DNA of 37,883 bases, counting the filler, from Myxococcota bacterium (lineage in GTDB: Bacteria > Myxococcota > Myxococcia > Myxococcales > Myxococcaceae), in NCBI GenBank assembly GCA_049322255.1. It is 7 parts of 7 records of this genome, joined end to end, with 100 filler letters (N's around TTAATTAATTAA, not from the genome) between each part and the next. Parts side by side here need not be neighbours in the genome. Positions count along the whole stretch, not along the records: positions 1 to 5,844 come from JBMORE010000179.1; positions 5,945 to 11,762 come from JBMORE010000180.1; 5 more parts are not named here. One strand, 5' to 3'. The translations under genes were made by a program, and so were the position numbers. Below are positions 1-10,159 of the stretch, one piece after another. The first letter of the stretch is position 1. Each line of letters starts with the position of its first letter. The notes beneath the pieces are model-generated. The model had not been told where the DNA came from, searched no databases, and was given only the letters and a program-made list of their open reading frames with translations.

Positions 1-498
1 CTCCTGTGCGTCGACAATGGCTTTGGTGGCAGCAAGGCCACTTCGGGCTCGGTGAAGCTCAACGGGAAAACCAAGGTCGATTCGGACGACTTCAAGCATT
101 CGGTGTCGCTCGTCTCGCGTGACGTGGCCTTGAGCGCCTCGAACACCCTGAGCGGGAAGATCGCCGGGGCGCCCGGTTCGGCCTACCGCGTGCGCGTGTA
201 CGGACCCGAGTCGGCATGCAGCACGACGAGCCCGATGAACGCCGCCGAGCTGCAGGTGGCAGGGTTCGAGCCTGGGGAAATACACGAGCTGGCCACCACC
301 CAGGCGACCGTCGTCGGCAATGTGCACCGCATCGAGGCACCGCGTCCGGTCCTCTCCGGTGTCGAGCTGGCCGAGGCGCCCGCTGCGGGCTGCAGTTCCT
401 CCGGTGGTACGGCGACACTCATGGGGCTGATCCTCCTGGTCGGTCTCTTCCTTCGCCCCCGCGCCGTGCACGCCCAGGCGCGTCGCCGGCAGAGGTAG
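1..498 (+). CDS. Partial (5'-truncated) surface protein with small beta-sandwich domain and MYXO-CTERM-like sorting tail
   Basis: Frame +1 is open from base 1 to TAG at 496-498; C-terminus AAGCSSSGGTATLMGLILLVGLFLRPR...RRRQR = GC motif, TM helix, Arg-rich tail. Confidence 0.75.
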   Translation, partial: LLCVDNGFGGSKATSGSVKLNGKTKVDSDDFKHSVSLVSRDVALSASNTLSGKIAGAPGSAYRVRVYGPESACSTTSPMNAAELQVAGFEPGEIHELATTQATVVGNVHRIEAPRPVLSGVELAEAPAAGCSSSGGTATLMGLILLVGLFLRPRAVHAQARRRQR

Positions 499-547
499 GA
501 CACGCGCGTCGACAGCGCGGGCGCGTCTGTTAGGCTCTTTACGCCTC

Positions 548-2494
548 GTGTTCCGCCCGGCCACCATTCCCGTGTGGATTGTCCTCGTGGCGACCTGGGC
601 GTCGCCCGTGCAGGCGCAGTCGCTTCGCATCCTCGGGCCGCAAGGGTTGGCTTCTCCCGATGGTTTCCTCGTTGCCCTCCGCCGGAGCGGTTCCAACGGG
701 CGCTCGGTGCCGTTGTCAGCGCCGCGGCTGACCGCCACGGGAGCCACGGTGCGACCTTTGGTCTCTCCGCCGCCCCTGGCGAGGTACCTCCTGGTCCCCG
801 ATCCCGGAGCGCGCGAGGTCGTTCTGACCGCCTCCGACGAAGGGCTCAAGGCCGCGGCCCACGTCGCCCTGGGGCCGCCCGCGGCGAAGGTAGAGCTGAC
901 GCTCGACCCTCCCTCACCGGTGAAGAACCGTGACCGAAGCGCCGAGCTCACGGTGAGGCTACTTCGACCCGACGGTTCGCCTGACCTCGACTCGGCGCCG
1001 CCGGTGCTACAGCCCAACGTCGGCACCATCGAGGACGTGAGGGTCGCCGCTCCTGGCATCTACCGGGCGCGCTACGTCCTGCCCACTACTCGCTACCCCG
1101 AGGTGGCAATCATCGTCGCCTTCTCGGCGTGGCCGCACCCGCAGTCGATTCACGGTGCGTTCGGGAGTGTGCGGGTGCCACTGGCGAGCGCGATCGAGCT
1201 ACCTGGCGAGACCGAGCGCGACGCCAATTTCTCCATCGCCATCGCTGGAGTGACCTATGGGCCGGTGCGCTCCGGCGCCGATGGGCGGTTTCGCATTCCA
1301 GTGGTGGTGCCTCCCGGATACGGGGTGGGCCTCGGGACCTCGGTCGATCGGCTGGGCAACCGTCGAAGAAACCCCATCGACCTGATGTTGCCGCCCACCA
1401 ATCAGCTCGCGTGCGTGATGAACCCCACGCGCCTTCCGGCCGACGGAGTCTCTCGCGCGCGGGTGCTCTGCGCCACCAGCGACCCGTACGGCAAGGTCGT
1501 CACCCAGGCGAAGGTTCTCCTCACTGCTCGGCGGGGCTCGTTGGCCAAGCCGCGCTCGGTGGAGGCGGGAATCCTCGAGTGGATTTACACCGCTCCGCGA
1601 ACACTGTCGGCCGAGCCCGATCTGGTGATCGCGCAGATGCGCCAAGGGAAGAACAGCTCGCGCGGCGAGTTGAAGCTCGAGCTGGTGCAAGGACCAGCGG
1701 CGGAGCTGTCGCTGCGCGCGTCGCGAACAGACGTTCACCACGGCGGACAGCTGCCGCTCTCGCTCACGGTGACCGATGCGCTGGGCCGGCCGCGGCCGAA
1801 CGCGGTGGTGCAAGTCGCCGCCAGCGCGCCCGGAGAGTCCGCTCCCCCGAGGGAAGCAGCGCCGGGAGCGGTGGAGACGACATGGTCGCCTCCGCCCGAC
1901 GGGCCTTTCCGAAAGGCCGACCTGTGGGCGCGCGCCTTCGGCCCGACCGGCTCGGCGCCAGCCAAGCTCTTGACCTGGGCAGAGGGCGGGGCGCTGTTCG
2001 CCGCGGTGACCGATTTGGCTGGACTGCCGGTGCCTACCCAGACGCTGGTGCTCGATCGAGGGGAAGTCACCACCGGCGATGACGGAACGGCGCGCCTGGG
2101 TGAGCTCGCCGACGGCGTGGTGCGTGTGCGCCACAAAGACTGGCGCGGCCTCACCGAGACAGTGCACGTGCTCGACGGGGGGAAGGTGGTTTTCCCGGCC
2201 GGTTCGCCGCCAGGTGCGAGGGCGGCAAAGCTCGCCGTCGAGCTGGGCCCTCCAGTGCCGGTGAATGTACGTGTCGCCGTCCTCGGGCGTGAGGTGACCT
2301 ACTGGGTCGAGGATCCCAAAGGGGCGCTGCTCTTCGGCCGGAAGGTGGAAGTGTTCCTCTCCGGAGGTACCCGCGGCCCCAGCGCAGCACGCGACGGCAA
2401 GACGACCTTCTCGGTGCTCCTCGACGAGCCAATCACCGTGTCGATCGCCGACGTCGAGACCGGAGTGACCGCCCTCGCCGAGGTGCGCCCATGA
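548..2494 (+). CDS. Secreted multi-Ig-like (invasin/Big_1-type) domain protein
   Basis: Signal peptide ending AQA; repeated Big_1-like motifs (PTRLPADGVSRARV...DPYG; LTVTDALGRPRPNAVV; AELTVRLLRPDGSP); ATGA overlap with the next gene. Confidence 0.65.
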   Translation: MFRPATIPVWIVLVATWASPVQAQSLRILGPQGLASPDGFLVALRRSGSNGRSVPLSAPRLTATGATVRPLVSPPPLARYLLVPDPGAREVVLTASDEGLKAAAHVALGPPAAKVELTLDPPSPVKNRDRSAELTVRLLRPDGSPDLDSAPPVLQPNVGTIEDVRVAAPGIYRARYVLPTTRYPEVAIIVAFSAWPHPQSIHGAFGSVRVPLASAIELPGETERDANFSIAIAGVTYGPVRSGADGRFRIPVVVPPGYGVGLGTSVDRLGNRRRNPIDLMLPPTNQLACVMNPTRLPADGVSRARVLCATSDPYGKVVTQAKVLLTARRGSLAKPRSVEAGILEWIYTAPRTLSAEPDLVIAQMRQGKNSSRGELKLELVQGPAAELSLRASRTDVHHGGQLPLSLTVTDALGRPRPNAVVQVAASAPGESAPPREAAPGAVETTWSPPPDGPFRKADLWARAFGPTGSAPAKLLTWAEGGALFAAVTDLAGLPVPTQTLVLDRGEVTTGDDGTARLGELADGVVRVRHKDWRGLTETVHVLDGGKVVFPAGSPPGARAAKLAVELGPPVPVNVRVAVLGREVTYWVEDPKGALLFGRKVEVFLSGGTRGPSAARDGKTTFSVLLDEPITVSIADVETGVTALAEVRP

Positions 2495-5400
2495 TCCCCC
2501 TCTCCCTTTGGGAGAGGGTTGGGGTGGGGGGCGCAATTCTCGCCGTCTTCTCGGCCACCGTCGCCCACGCGCAGGTCCTCCCCGCGAGCCTGCCGAGCGA
2601 GCGCGATGAGCTCGACGGTGCCATTGCGGGCCGCGTGTGCGCCGACGAGAACGACGACGGCCAGTGCCAATCGACCGAGCTGGGCGTTGCCGGCGTGCGG
2701 CTGGTGCTGGCCACCGGGCAGGAAGTCATCACCGATCTACAGGGCCGCTACCACCTGGCAGCAATCGAGGCGCGGGCCCCCGACGCTCTTGCAGGAGGCC
2801 GGCTCTTGCCGGGCCGGCATCGCCTCCGCCTCGATGAACGGTCGCTGCCCCGTGGGCGCATACCCACTCCGCGTGCGGTGACGCTCGAGGTTCCGATGGC
2901 TGGCCTGGTCCGCCAAGACTTCGCGGTGCGGTCCGTGGTGCGGCCAAGCACGCCCCTGTCCCTGGCTCATGCTGCGATGCCGCCTCGAGGAGAGCTCCAA
3001 GGCAACGGAGCGCGCTTCCTCCTCGCTGGGAAGGCTGCAATCGGCGACAAGGTGTTGGTCGAGGGAAACGCGGCCGAGGTGGACGCCGCCGGCGCGTACC
3101 AGGCGTGGGTGAATCTTCGGCCCGGGAGCAACGAGCTCTCCATCGCCGCGACCTCGCGTGACGGCACGCTCCGGCTCTACTCCCAACGGGTGGACTTGAT
3201 GCGGCGCGAAGGCAGCCTGCTGGTGGTGCCCCGCGAGCTGGTCTTTGCAGGCACCATCGAGCTGCCGGATGCCGCCGGAAAGCCCGCTCCCACGGGCAAG
3301 GCCATCTTACGCATCGAGGCGGCACCGGGGACGAAGGTGCGTCTTCCAAGCGGACAGCAGACGGTGGGCGACGATCGCCTTGTCGCGGTGCCATTGGAGC
3401 TGCACCCCGGTGAGAACGTGGTCGAGCTGACGCTGGAGTCCGAAGGCAAGCCGGCGCGTATCGAGACGTTGCGCATCGCCGCGGCTCCTCGCCCGTTCGC
3501 CGTCGGGCTGCTTGACGTGGAGGGGACCTATGAGCCGCGACGAGGCGGTGTGCGGCTGTTCGGGCGCGGCGCTGGTCATGTGGAGCACCCGTGGGGCGGG
3601 TGGCTCTTGCGCGGAGAGCTGAGCCTTGCGGATCAAGATCTGGCCGACATTCGTTCTGCCGGTGCGCAGGTTCTTGTCGCGCCAAGCAGGCCGGATCGGC
3701 TCGAGCGCGCCCTCGACCCTGATCGGTACTCGGCGGAATGGGCCGACGACTCTCTGTCTCGGGTCCCCAATGCCGCGAAAGGCCGCCTGCGCTTCGAGGC
3801 GCGCCACGAGGTGCTCGGCGCACTCGGGTTCGGCAGTCATCGCGCGCTCTTCGCCGACGCTGAAATCGGCCGTTATCAGCGCGAGCTGTTCGGCCCGTAC
3901 ATCGACCTCTCCACCCCCAGCGCAGGCCCCGTGCGCGGTGGGGTGAGCGCTTTCTTCGCTCCCGGCCTGACCGACCCTACGCGCGATCTGTCGCTCGTGC
4001 CCGCGCACGAAGAGCTCCGCCCCACCGGAGGCAGTGTCTATTACTTGGGTCACGGAGCCGTCGCTCAGGGCAGCGAGGTACTTCGTGTCGAGCTGCGCGA
4101 TGGTCTCACCGGCGTCCCACTGGGCGAGCGTCACTTGGAGCGCGGGCGCGACTACGAAATCGACTACGGCGCGGGCCGAATTCTCCTCGCACGGGCGCTC
4201 TCCTTCATCGAGGGGGCCTCCATCCTCGGCGCCGAGCCGTTGACCGCGAGCCCTGAACCGGTGCTGGTGGCCGACTACGAGCACCTCGAGCTGGCCGGCG
4301 AAGGCAGGCGGGTGTTGGGCGGAGAGATATCCGGTGCGCTGGGCCCGGTACGTCTGGGTGTAGGCGCCGTGCAGGAGCGCGGGGCCCGTGAGGGCTTCAC
4401 CCTTCTTCGTGCCACGGGGGCGGTGCCCTTGGGGCCGCTGACGCTCTCGCTGGAGGCCGCCCAAAGCGAGGGAACAGCCATCGGCACCGACAGCTTCGGC
4501 GTCTCCGATGATGGAGGCCTGTCCTTCCATCGCCCGGTGGCGGCGGCCGCGCAAGGGCAAGCCCTCGGAGTTCGGTTGAAGGGGCCCGGCTGGTCAGAGG
4601 CAGGAGTGGTGGACGTCTCGTTCCGCCGGCGTACCCCTGGGTTCTCCGATGGAGCGCACGCCGACAGGGTAGGGCTACGGCAGCTCTCCCTGCGGGCCGA
4701 GCAACGTTTCGGCAGCGTGGTGATGGGCGTGCTTGCCGATGACCGCACCGCGGCCGACCCGCGCGTGCCCTTCGACGTGGTGCGGCTCGATGCGCGCACC
4801 TTGGGGACCTCGGTCGGCTTTTCGCGCGAGGCGTGGAGCGCCCGCTTGGAGATCGAGGACGAGTCATTGACCGCGCTGGTGGACCCGACCGAGCCCGGCT
4901 ACGAGCCAGTCACCGGAGCGCGGACCTCGGCGGGCTTTTCGAGCCGTTATCGAGTGCACGAGAACGTCACGCTCGTGGCTGGGCACAAGCAGGTGGTATC
5001 GCGTCGCGGCGAAGGTCTGGGCGCCGTCGATGACACCTATGCCTCCGCCGGCGCCGACGTGTCGATCGACCGGGAGACGACGGTCGGCGTGCGCGGTGGC
5101 TATGGGCCGGTGCTGGGTCCACAGGTATGGGGACACGCCGAAAAGTCGAGCGGCGCCGAGACTTGGTACGGAGGCTACTCGGTCGACGTCGACGGTCCAC
5201 ACCTGGGTGAGCACCGGGTCATCAACGGAGCGCGCACCAGCGAGGGCCCGACGACCGTCTTCGTGGAGGACGTCAGCGCCCACGACGCGGCGGCGATTCG
5301 TTCGGCGCGCGCAGTGGGGGTCAGTCAGGAAGTCGGTGGGGGGCTGTCGCTCTCCGGTCGGTACGAACGCGGGGTGCGAAGCCTGCTCGATGCGCCTTCT

Positions 5401-5844
5401 CCCCTGCGGCGGGATGCCGGAGGAATCACTGCCAGCTATCTGGGGACGCGCGCGCGCTTCTTCGGGAAGGCCGAGCTGCGCTTCGATCGTGGTCGCAGCG
5501 AGCGGGTGCCCTTCGCCGCCGTCGACATGTCCCAGCGCGTATTCGGTGGAGGAGGGCAGGTGGAGCTTCTCCCCTCGCTGCGGGCCTCGGCGAGGGCGAA
5601 CTACGTCGAGACGAGGTCGGCAAGTGCACTCACCGCGCGTTTTCTCGAGGGGACAGGAGGGTTGGCGCTTCGGCTCGAGCCCGTTTTGGTGTTGTTGCGC
5701 TATGCGATCGAGCGCGAGCTGCCTCCGCCCTCGCGTGGAGGCTTCGCCGAACGCTCGCTCGAGGTCGTGTCGCTGATGCCCGCCTTCCAATGGGGCCGCT
5801 TCGGGCTGGCGGCGGGAGTCCACGCTGGTTGGTCCACCGTGGCT
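2491..5844 (+). CDS. Large outer-membrane protein, 3'-truncated: SdrD-B-like N-domain, Ig-like domains, long beta-barrel-like C-terminal region
   Basis: Signal peptide ending AHA; GRVCADENDDGQCQSTELGVAGVRLVL...TDLQGRYH (SdrD-B-like); GSEVLRVE...RGRDYEIDYGAGRI motif; many amphipathic beta-strands; runs into the gap at 5845. Confidence 0.65.
2496..2531 (+). repeat. Short palindromic element (CCCTCTCCC-TTT-GGGAGAGGG plus G-rich tail), copy A, inside the CDS start
   Basis: 9-bp perfect stem at 2498-2518; 32/36 identical to the reverse complement of 14023-14058. Confidence 0.75.
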
Positions 5845-5944
5845 NNNNNNNNNNNNNNNNNNNNNNNNNNNNNNNNNNNNNNNNNNNNTTAATTAATTAA
5901 NNNNNNNNNNNNNNNNNNNNNNNNNNNNNNNNNNNNNNNNNNNN
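5845..5944. other. Artificial contig spacer (N44-TTAATTAATTAA-N44)
   Basis: All-frame stop linker flanked by Ns; occurs six times in the window. Confidence 0.98.
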
Positions 5945-6875
5945 CGACGAACGCGCTCGGCTCCGGCTCCGGCGCGACGAACGCGCTCGGCTCAGGCTCG
6001 GACGAGAGGACGGGGATCGGTGCTGGAGCGATGTCGACAGTCGATTGCACCCAGGTTGGATTGGACACCGGCTCCCGCGTTGGCTCATCTACAGGGAAAG
6101 ATTCGGAGACAGGCGGCACCGGTTCGGGCACGGGCTGTACCGGAGGCGCCGCCTCGGGCGTCACCTGCATTGACGGCGACGAGTCGACGAGCATCACATC
6201 GCCATCGTCGACCTCCATGACATCCGACGAATCGACCTCCATCGGGCCGTTGTTATCGCTCGGTATCTGCGCGGGGGCGGGTTCCTCCAGCACCGGCGTC
6301 GGGGCAGGGATGTAGCCCGGCTCCGGAGTTGGCGCGGCGGGTTCCCCGAGCCCGGAGAGGCTCAGGTCGAGATCGTCGGCGACCTGGAGATTGTTTCCCT
6401 CCTGCGCCGCCGGGTATGGCTCGCCGTAGCCTTGCTGGGGTGGATAGTACGCCTGCTGGTTGGGGTCGTAGCCGCCTTGCGGGTAATAACCCGCGTTGGG
6501 ATCGTAGCCTTCTTGCGGATAGTAGCCTTGCGCGTTGGGGTCGTAACCGCCCGGGTACGCGTTGGGGTCGTAGCCCGGCTGAGGGTATTGGCCTGCGTTG
6601 GGATCGTACGCTCCTTGCGGATAGTAGCCCTGCGCATTGGGGTCGTAACCGCCAGCGTATGCGTTGGGATCGTACCCGGCTGGGTAGGGGTACCAGTTGC
6701 CATCGGTTCCGTAATATCCCTGTGGCGCGGCGTAGGGCTCGGCGGTGGTGTCTTGAATTCCCAGCGCGGTGCGCAACTCGAGCCACCGCTGCTCCTCCGC
6801 AGGGGACAAACCGCTCTGATTTCGCTTCTCGTCTAGGAAGCGAAAATCTCTCATCGCTGCGCGCGTGTCGGACAT
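5945..6875 (-). CDS. Myxobacterial protein with short helical N-domain, YDPN-repeat low-complexity region and acidic/Pro-rich linker; 3'-truncated (possibly DUF6982-type)
   Basis: Likely start MSDTRAAMRDFRFLDEKR at 6875 (the longer track start overlaps the upstream gene); seven YDPN motifs; APEPEPSAFV tandem repeat at the contig edge. Confidence 0.7.
6430..6730 (-). repeat. Intragenic tandem repeat encoding GYDPN/YYPQ units, with a 102-bp higher-order duplication
   Basis: 34-aa unit GYDPNAYAGGYDPNAQGYYPQGAYDPNAGQYPQP repeated as GYDPNAYPGGYDPNAQGYYPQEGYDPNAGYYPQG; matching DNA at 6561 and 6663. Confidence 0.85.
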
Positions 6876-6945
6876 CGCCGCTTTCGTTCGAGGCGCAAGG
6901 GATTCTAGGGCGTTCCCACAGGGCGGTAAATCTTCTGTTCGGCGG

Positions 6946-8283
6946 TCATCGCTGCCGAAGCTCGCGGCGAAGCTCCTCTTCGAACTGGGTGACGGTGCGC
7001 CCGTATTTGCGCTCGAACGCTTGCTCGAAAGGCTCACCTCGTCCCAGCTCGCGGATGAGCTCGAGGAGCTTCCCGGTGCCACCTGCCAAGACCAGCTGGC
7101 GCACCGCGAGGGCCGACACCGCATAGAGAAGGTGGGGGTTGGGCTGGTCGACGAGCCGGCGGCCCACGCCCATCTGAGCGAGCGTGGGTAACGAATTGCC
7201 CCGCGCGACGGCTCTGACCTCCGCGGCCAGCCCTAGGGTGGGCACCTCGCGACCCTCGTGCCGCCATTGCACGTACTCCGCCAGGCCCTCGTTCATCCAG
7301 ACCGGAACCCGCATCGCCCTGCCGCCGCAGAAGTCGTCGATCGCCGCGTGCACGTACTCGTGCACCAGCGTGCTGGTGTTGCGGGAATTCACCTCCGCCG
7401 AATCGTTCATGCGAATGGCGCCTTCGCTGTAGAAGCCGGCAATCGACATGCTCGTCGTTCCACCGAAGTGGGTGGCGAACTCCTCGCGGGAGTAGAGGAT
7501 GACGTCGACCTGCGATGCACGCGTCTCGCCGAGAATGCGTTGGGTTTCGTTGTACGCCACCTCGAGGGCAGCCGCGACCTTGCCCTCGTATTCGGCGCGC
7601 TGGCCGAAATCGCGTTGGCCGTTGAAGTATTTGAAACGGAAGCGGCTGTTGGCGCGGGTGCGCAGCCCCGCTTCGACCCCCGACTCGTAGGTGAGCGAGC
7701 CCGGCGTGCGGCCGCTGGTGGCCGCTTGGCTCTTCAGCACGGTGTTTTCCAGCGCGCGTGCTCGGTGCACCGCCTCGTCCTTTTCGCGTGCCGCCGCCCG
7801 CGCTTGTTTCAGCAGGACGTGTGCCTCGGGGTATTCCTTGGCCTTCTGGTTCACCCGGCTCAAGGTGGCCACGGCTGCTTGGGCATCGCCGTCGTCGACT
7901 TGCAGCCGGCCCAGCGCGAGCGCCAGCGCGGCGTTCTTGGGGTGTCGACGAAGACCGCGGATGAGCGCCTCCTCCGCGGCGCCGCGTTGCTCGCTTTTCA
8001 CCGCGGCGCGCGCCAGGCAGAGAATGCCTTCGGGGGAGGGGTCGAAGGCCACGCTGCGCTCACCGAGCGAATACGCCATCACCGCGTCGGTGTCTCCGAG
8101 CGCTTCGCACCCTTTGTGGAGCTGGGCGGCGATTGCCTTCTTCTCCTTGAACGGAACCTTCGAGGGTTCGACCGCGGAAAAGGCGAGGTACAGCTCTTCC
8201 CACGCCTTTTTCGAAGCGAGCTCCTGCGCGCGCGCTGCGCTCGTCGGCGCGGCCAAGAGCGACATGAGGAGCCAAAAGCCCAC
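6946..8283 (-). CDS. Secreted TPR + peptidase MA-like (gluzincin) metallohydrolase
   Basis: Signal peptide, TPR-like helices, HEYVH motif followed by PVWMNEGLAEY. Confidence 0.8.
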   Translation of the reverse strand: MGFWLLMSLLAAPTSAARAQELASKKAWEELYLAFSAVEPSKVPFKEKKAIAAQLHKGCEALGDTDAVMAYSLGERSVAFDPSPEGILCLARAAVKSEQRGAAEEALIRGLRRHPKNAALALALGRLQVDDGDAQAAVATLSRVNQKAKEYPEAHVLLKQARAAAREKDEAVHRARALENTVLKSQAATSGRTPGSLTYESGVEAGLRTRANSRFRFKYFNGQRDFGQRAEYEGKVAAALEVAYNETQRILGETRASQVDVILYSREEFATHFGGTTSMSIAGFYSEGAIRMNDSAEVNSRNTSTLVHEYVHAAIDDFCGGRAMRVPVWMNEGLAEYVQWRHEGREVPTLGLAAEVRAVARGNSLPTLAQMGVGRRLVDQPNPHLLYAVSALAVRQLVLAGGTGKLLELIRELGRGEPFEQAFERKYGRTVTQFEEELRRELRQR

Positions 8284-8293
8284 GAAAAGCCCG

Positions 8294-8812
8294 TCAGAAC
8301 GACCAATCGGCGAGAAGCTTGTGGAACTCGGCCAGCTCCTCCTTCTTCTTGTTGCGCTCCATCAGCTCGATCAGCTTCTCATCCATCAACAACAGCCGTC
8401 GGCTCATCACCTGCGCCAGGTTGTAAACCATCTTCAGCGCCGAGACGCGCTCGTCCTCGAGCAGCTTGGAGAAGCGTTCGGCGGGAATGCGCAAAAGCCG
8501 CACGTCGCTGGCGGCCTGCGCGGTCGCCGAGCGGATGGAGCTGCCGTGAACCAAGCTCATCTCTCCCAGCACGCTGCCGTCGGAGATTTTCGCCAAATGC
8601 TGCGGTTTGCCCGCGCGGTCCTTCTTGGTGATGTCCAGGCTTCCTTCGAGCACCACGAACAGCGCGTTGCCGGTGTCTCCCTCGCGGAAGAGCACCTCGC
8701 CCTTCTTCGCCGACGTCTCCTCGGCGATCTCGAAAATTTCCCCTGCTTCGCGTTCTTCGAGCCCACGGCAGATGGGAATCTGAATCAACTGCTTCAGCAG
8801 CGGCGCGGTCAT
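8294..8812 (-). CDS. Cyclic-nucleotide-binding domain protein (Crp-like, no HTH)
   Basis: LFREGDTGNALFVVLEG...GSVLGEMSL...RSATAQA motifs. Confidence 0.85.
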   Translation of the reverse strand: MTAPLLKQLIQIPICRGLEEREAGEIFEIAEETSAKKGEVLFREGDTGNALFVVLEGSLDITKKDRAGKPQHLAKISDGSVLGEMSLVHGSSIRSATAQAASDVRLLRIPAERFSKLLEDERVSALKMVYNLAQVMSRRLLLMDEKLIELMERNKKKEELAEFHKLLADWSF

Positions 8813-8833
8813 GGAGCCTCCGAAGTCTTCAGT

Positions 8834-10063
8834 TCAAATTCCACGCAGCACGGTCGCCTTGCCCACCCGGCCAATCGCCAGCACATAGGCCGCGGTGCGT
8901 AAGGGAATCTTCCGGTTGCGGGAAATCTGCGCGATGCGCTCGTACGACTCCTTCATGGTGCGCTCCAGCTCGGCGTTGACGCGCTCCTCTTCCCAGGTGA
9001 GGTGCTGGAGGTTTTGCACCCACTCGAAGTAGCTCACCGTCACCCCGCCGGCGTTGGCGAGGATGTCGGGCACCACCAGCACCCCGCGCTTCTCGAAAAT
9101 CTCGTCCGCCTCGGGGTCGGTGGGGGCGTTGGCGGCCTCGATGACGATGCGCGCGCGCACCTCGGGAGCGGTGGCCTTGGTGAGCACTCCGCCCAGAGCC
9201 GCCGGCAGCAGCACCTCGCAATCGGCGGCCAGCACCTCCTCGTTGGAGCAAGGCGTGCCCCCGCCGAAGCCCTTCACCGTACCGGTGCGCTTGACGTGGT
9301 CGAACAGGGCCGGCACGTCGAGCCCCGAAGGGTTCTTCACCCCTCCGTGCACGTCGCTCACCGCCACCACATGGCCGCCGTCCTCGTGCAGAAGCCGCGC
9401 GGTGTGGCTGCCTACATTGCCAAAGCCTTGGAGGGCGAAGCGCGCCCCCTTCACCGGCAGTCCCACGTCGCGAAGCACCTCGCGGCACACGTAGAGAATG
9501 CCGCGGCCGGTGGCGGCCTCACGGCCCTTCGAGCCGTAGAGGTCGAGGGGCTTGCCGGTCACCACCGCGGGTGAATGCCCGTGGTACTTGGAGAACTGAT
9601 CCATGATCCACGCCATCACCTGGGGGTTGGTGTTGACGTCGGGCGCGGGGATGTCGCGGGTGGGCCCAATGATGTCCTGAATCTGGTCGACGAATTTGCG
9701 GGTGAGGCGCTCGAGCTCTTTGAGGCTCATGCGCCCCGGGTCGCAGGTGATGCCGCCCTTGGCGCCGCCGAAGGGCAGGTTCACCACCGCGGTCTTCCAG
9801 GTCATCAGCGAGGCCAGCCCCACCACCTCGTCTTGATCGACTTGCGGGTGGTAGCGCAGCCCGCCCTTCATCGGTCCCCGGCTGTTGTCGTGCTGGACGC
9901 GGTAGCCGAGGAAGGTGCGAATCTCCCCCGAGTCGAGCTCGATCGATACCTGCACCTTCACTTCGCGCAAGGGCGTGGCGAGCAGCGTTTCAATGCGCTC
10001 ACCCACGTCCATGAGTCGCGCGGCCTTGCGGAAGTAGTAGGTCGAAGCCTGGGCGGCGTTCAT
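8834..10063 (-). CDS. gdhA: Glu/Leu/Phe/Val dehydrogenase (NAD(P)-dependent glutamate dehydrogenase)
   Basis: RGPMKGGLRYHP, GGAKGG, DIPAPDVNT, QGFGNVG, NAGGVTVSYFEW; start moved to ATG 10063 with AAGGA RBS. Confidence 0.93.
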   Translation of the reverse strand: MNAAQASTYYFRKAARLMDVGERIETLLATPLREVKVQVSIELDSGEIRTFLGYRVQHDNSRGPMKGGLRYHPQVDQDEVVGLASLMTWKTAVVNLPFGGAKGGITCDPGRMSLKELERLTRKFVDQIQDIIGPTRDIPAPDVNTNPQVMAWIMDQFSKYHGHSPAVVTGKPLDLYGSKGREAATGRGILYVCREVLRDVGLPVKGARFALQGFGNVGSHTARLLHEDGGHVVAVSDVHGGVKNPSGLDVPALFDHVKRTGTVKGFGGGTPCSNEEVLAADCEVLLPAALGGVLTKATAPEVRARIVIEAANAPTDPEADEIFEKRGVLVVPDILANAGGVTVSYFEWVQNLQHLTWEEERVNAELERTMKESYERIAQISRNRKIPLRTAAYVLAIGRVGKATVLRGI

Positions 10064-10159
10064 CGGGTGCGTCCTTCTGCGTGGAGGTGCGTCGACGCCG
10101 TTGGACCTTAACAAGAGACCGCGGGCAGGCAATCGCCTTTGCGGTAGCATGGCCCATCG

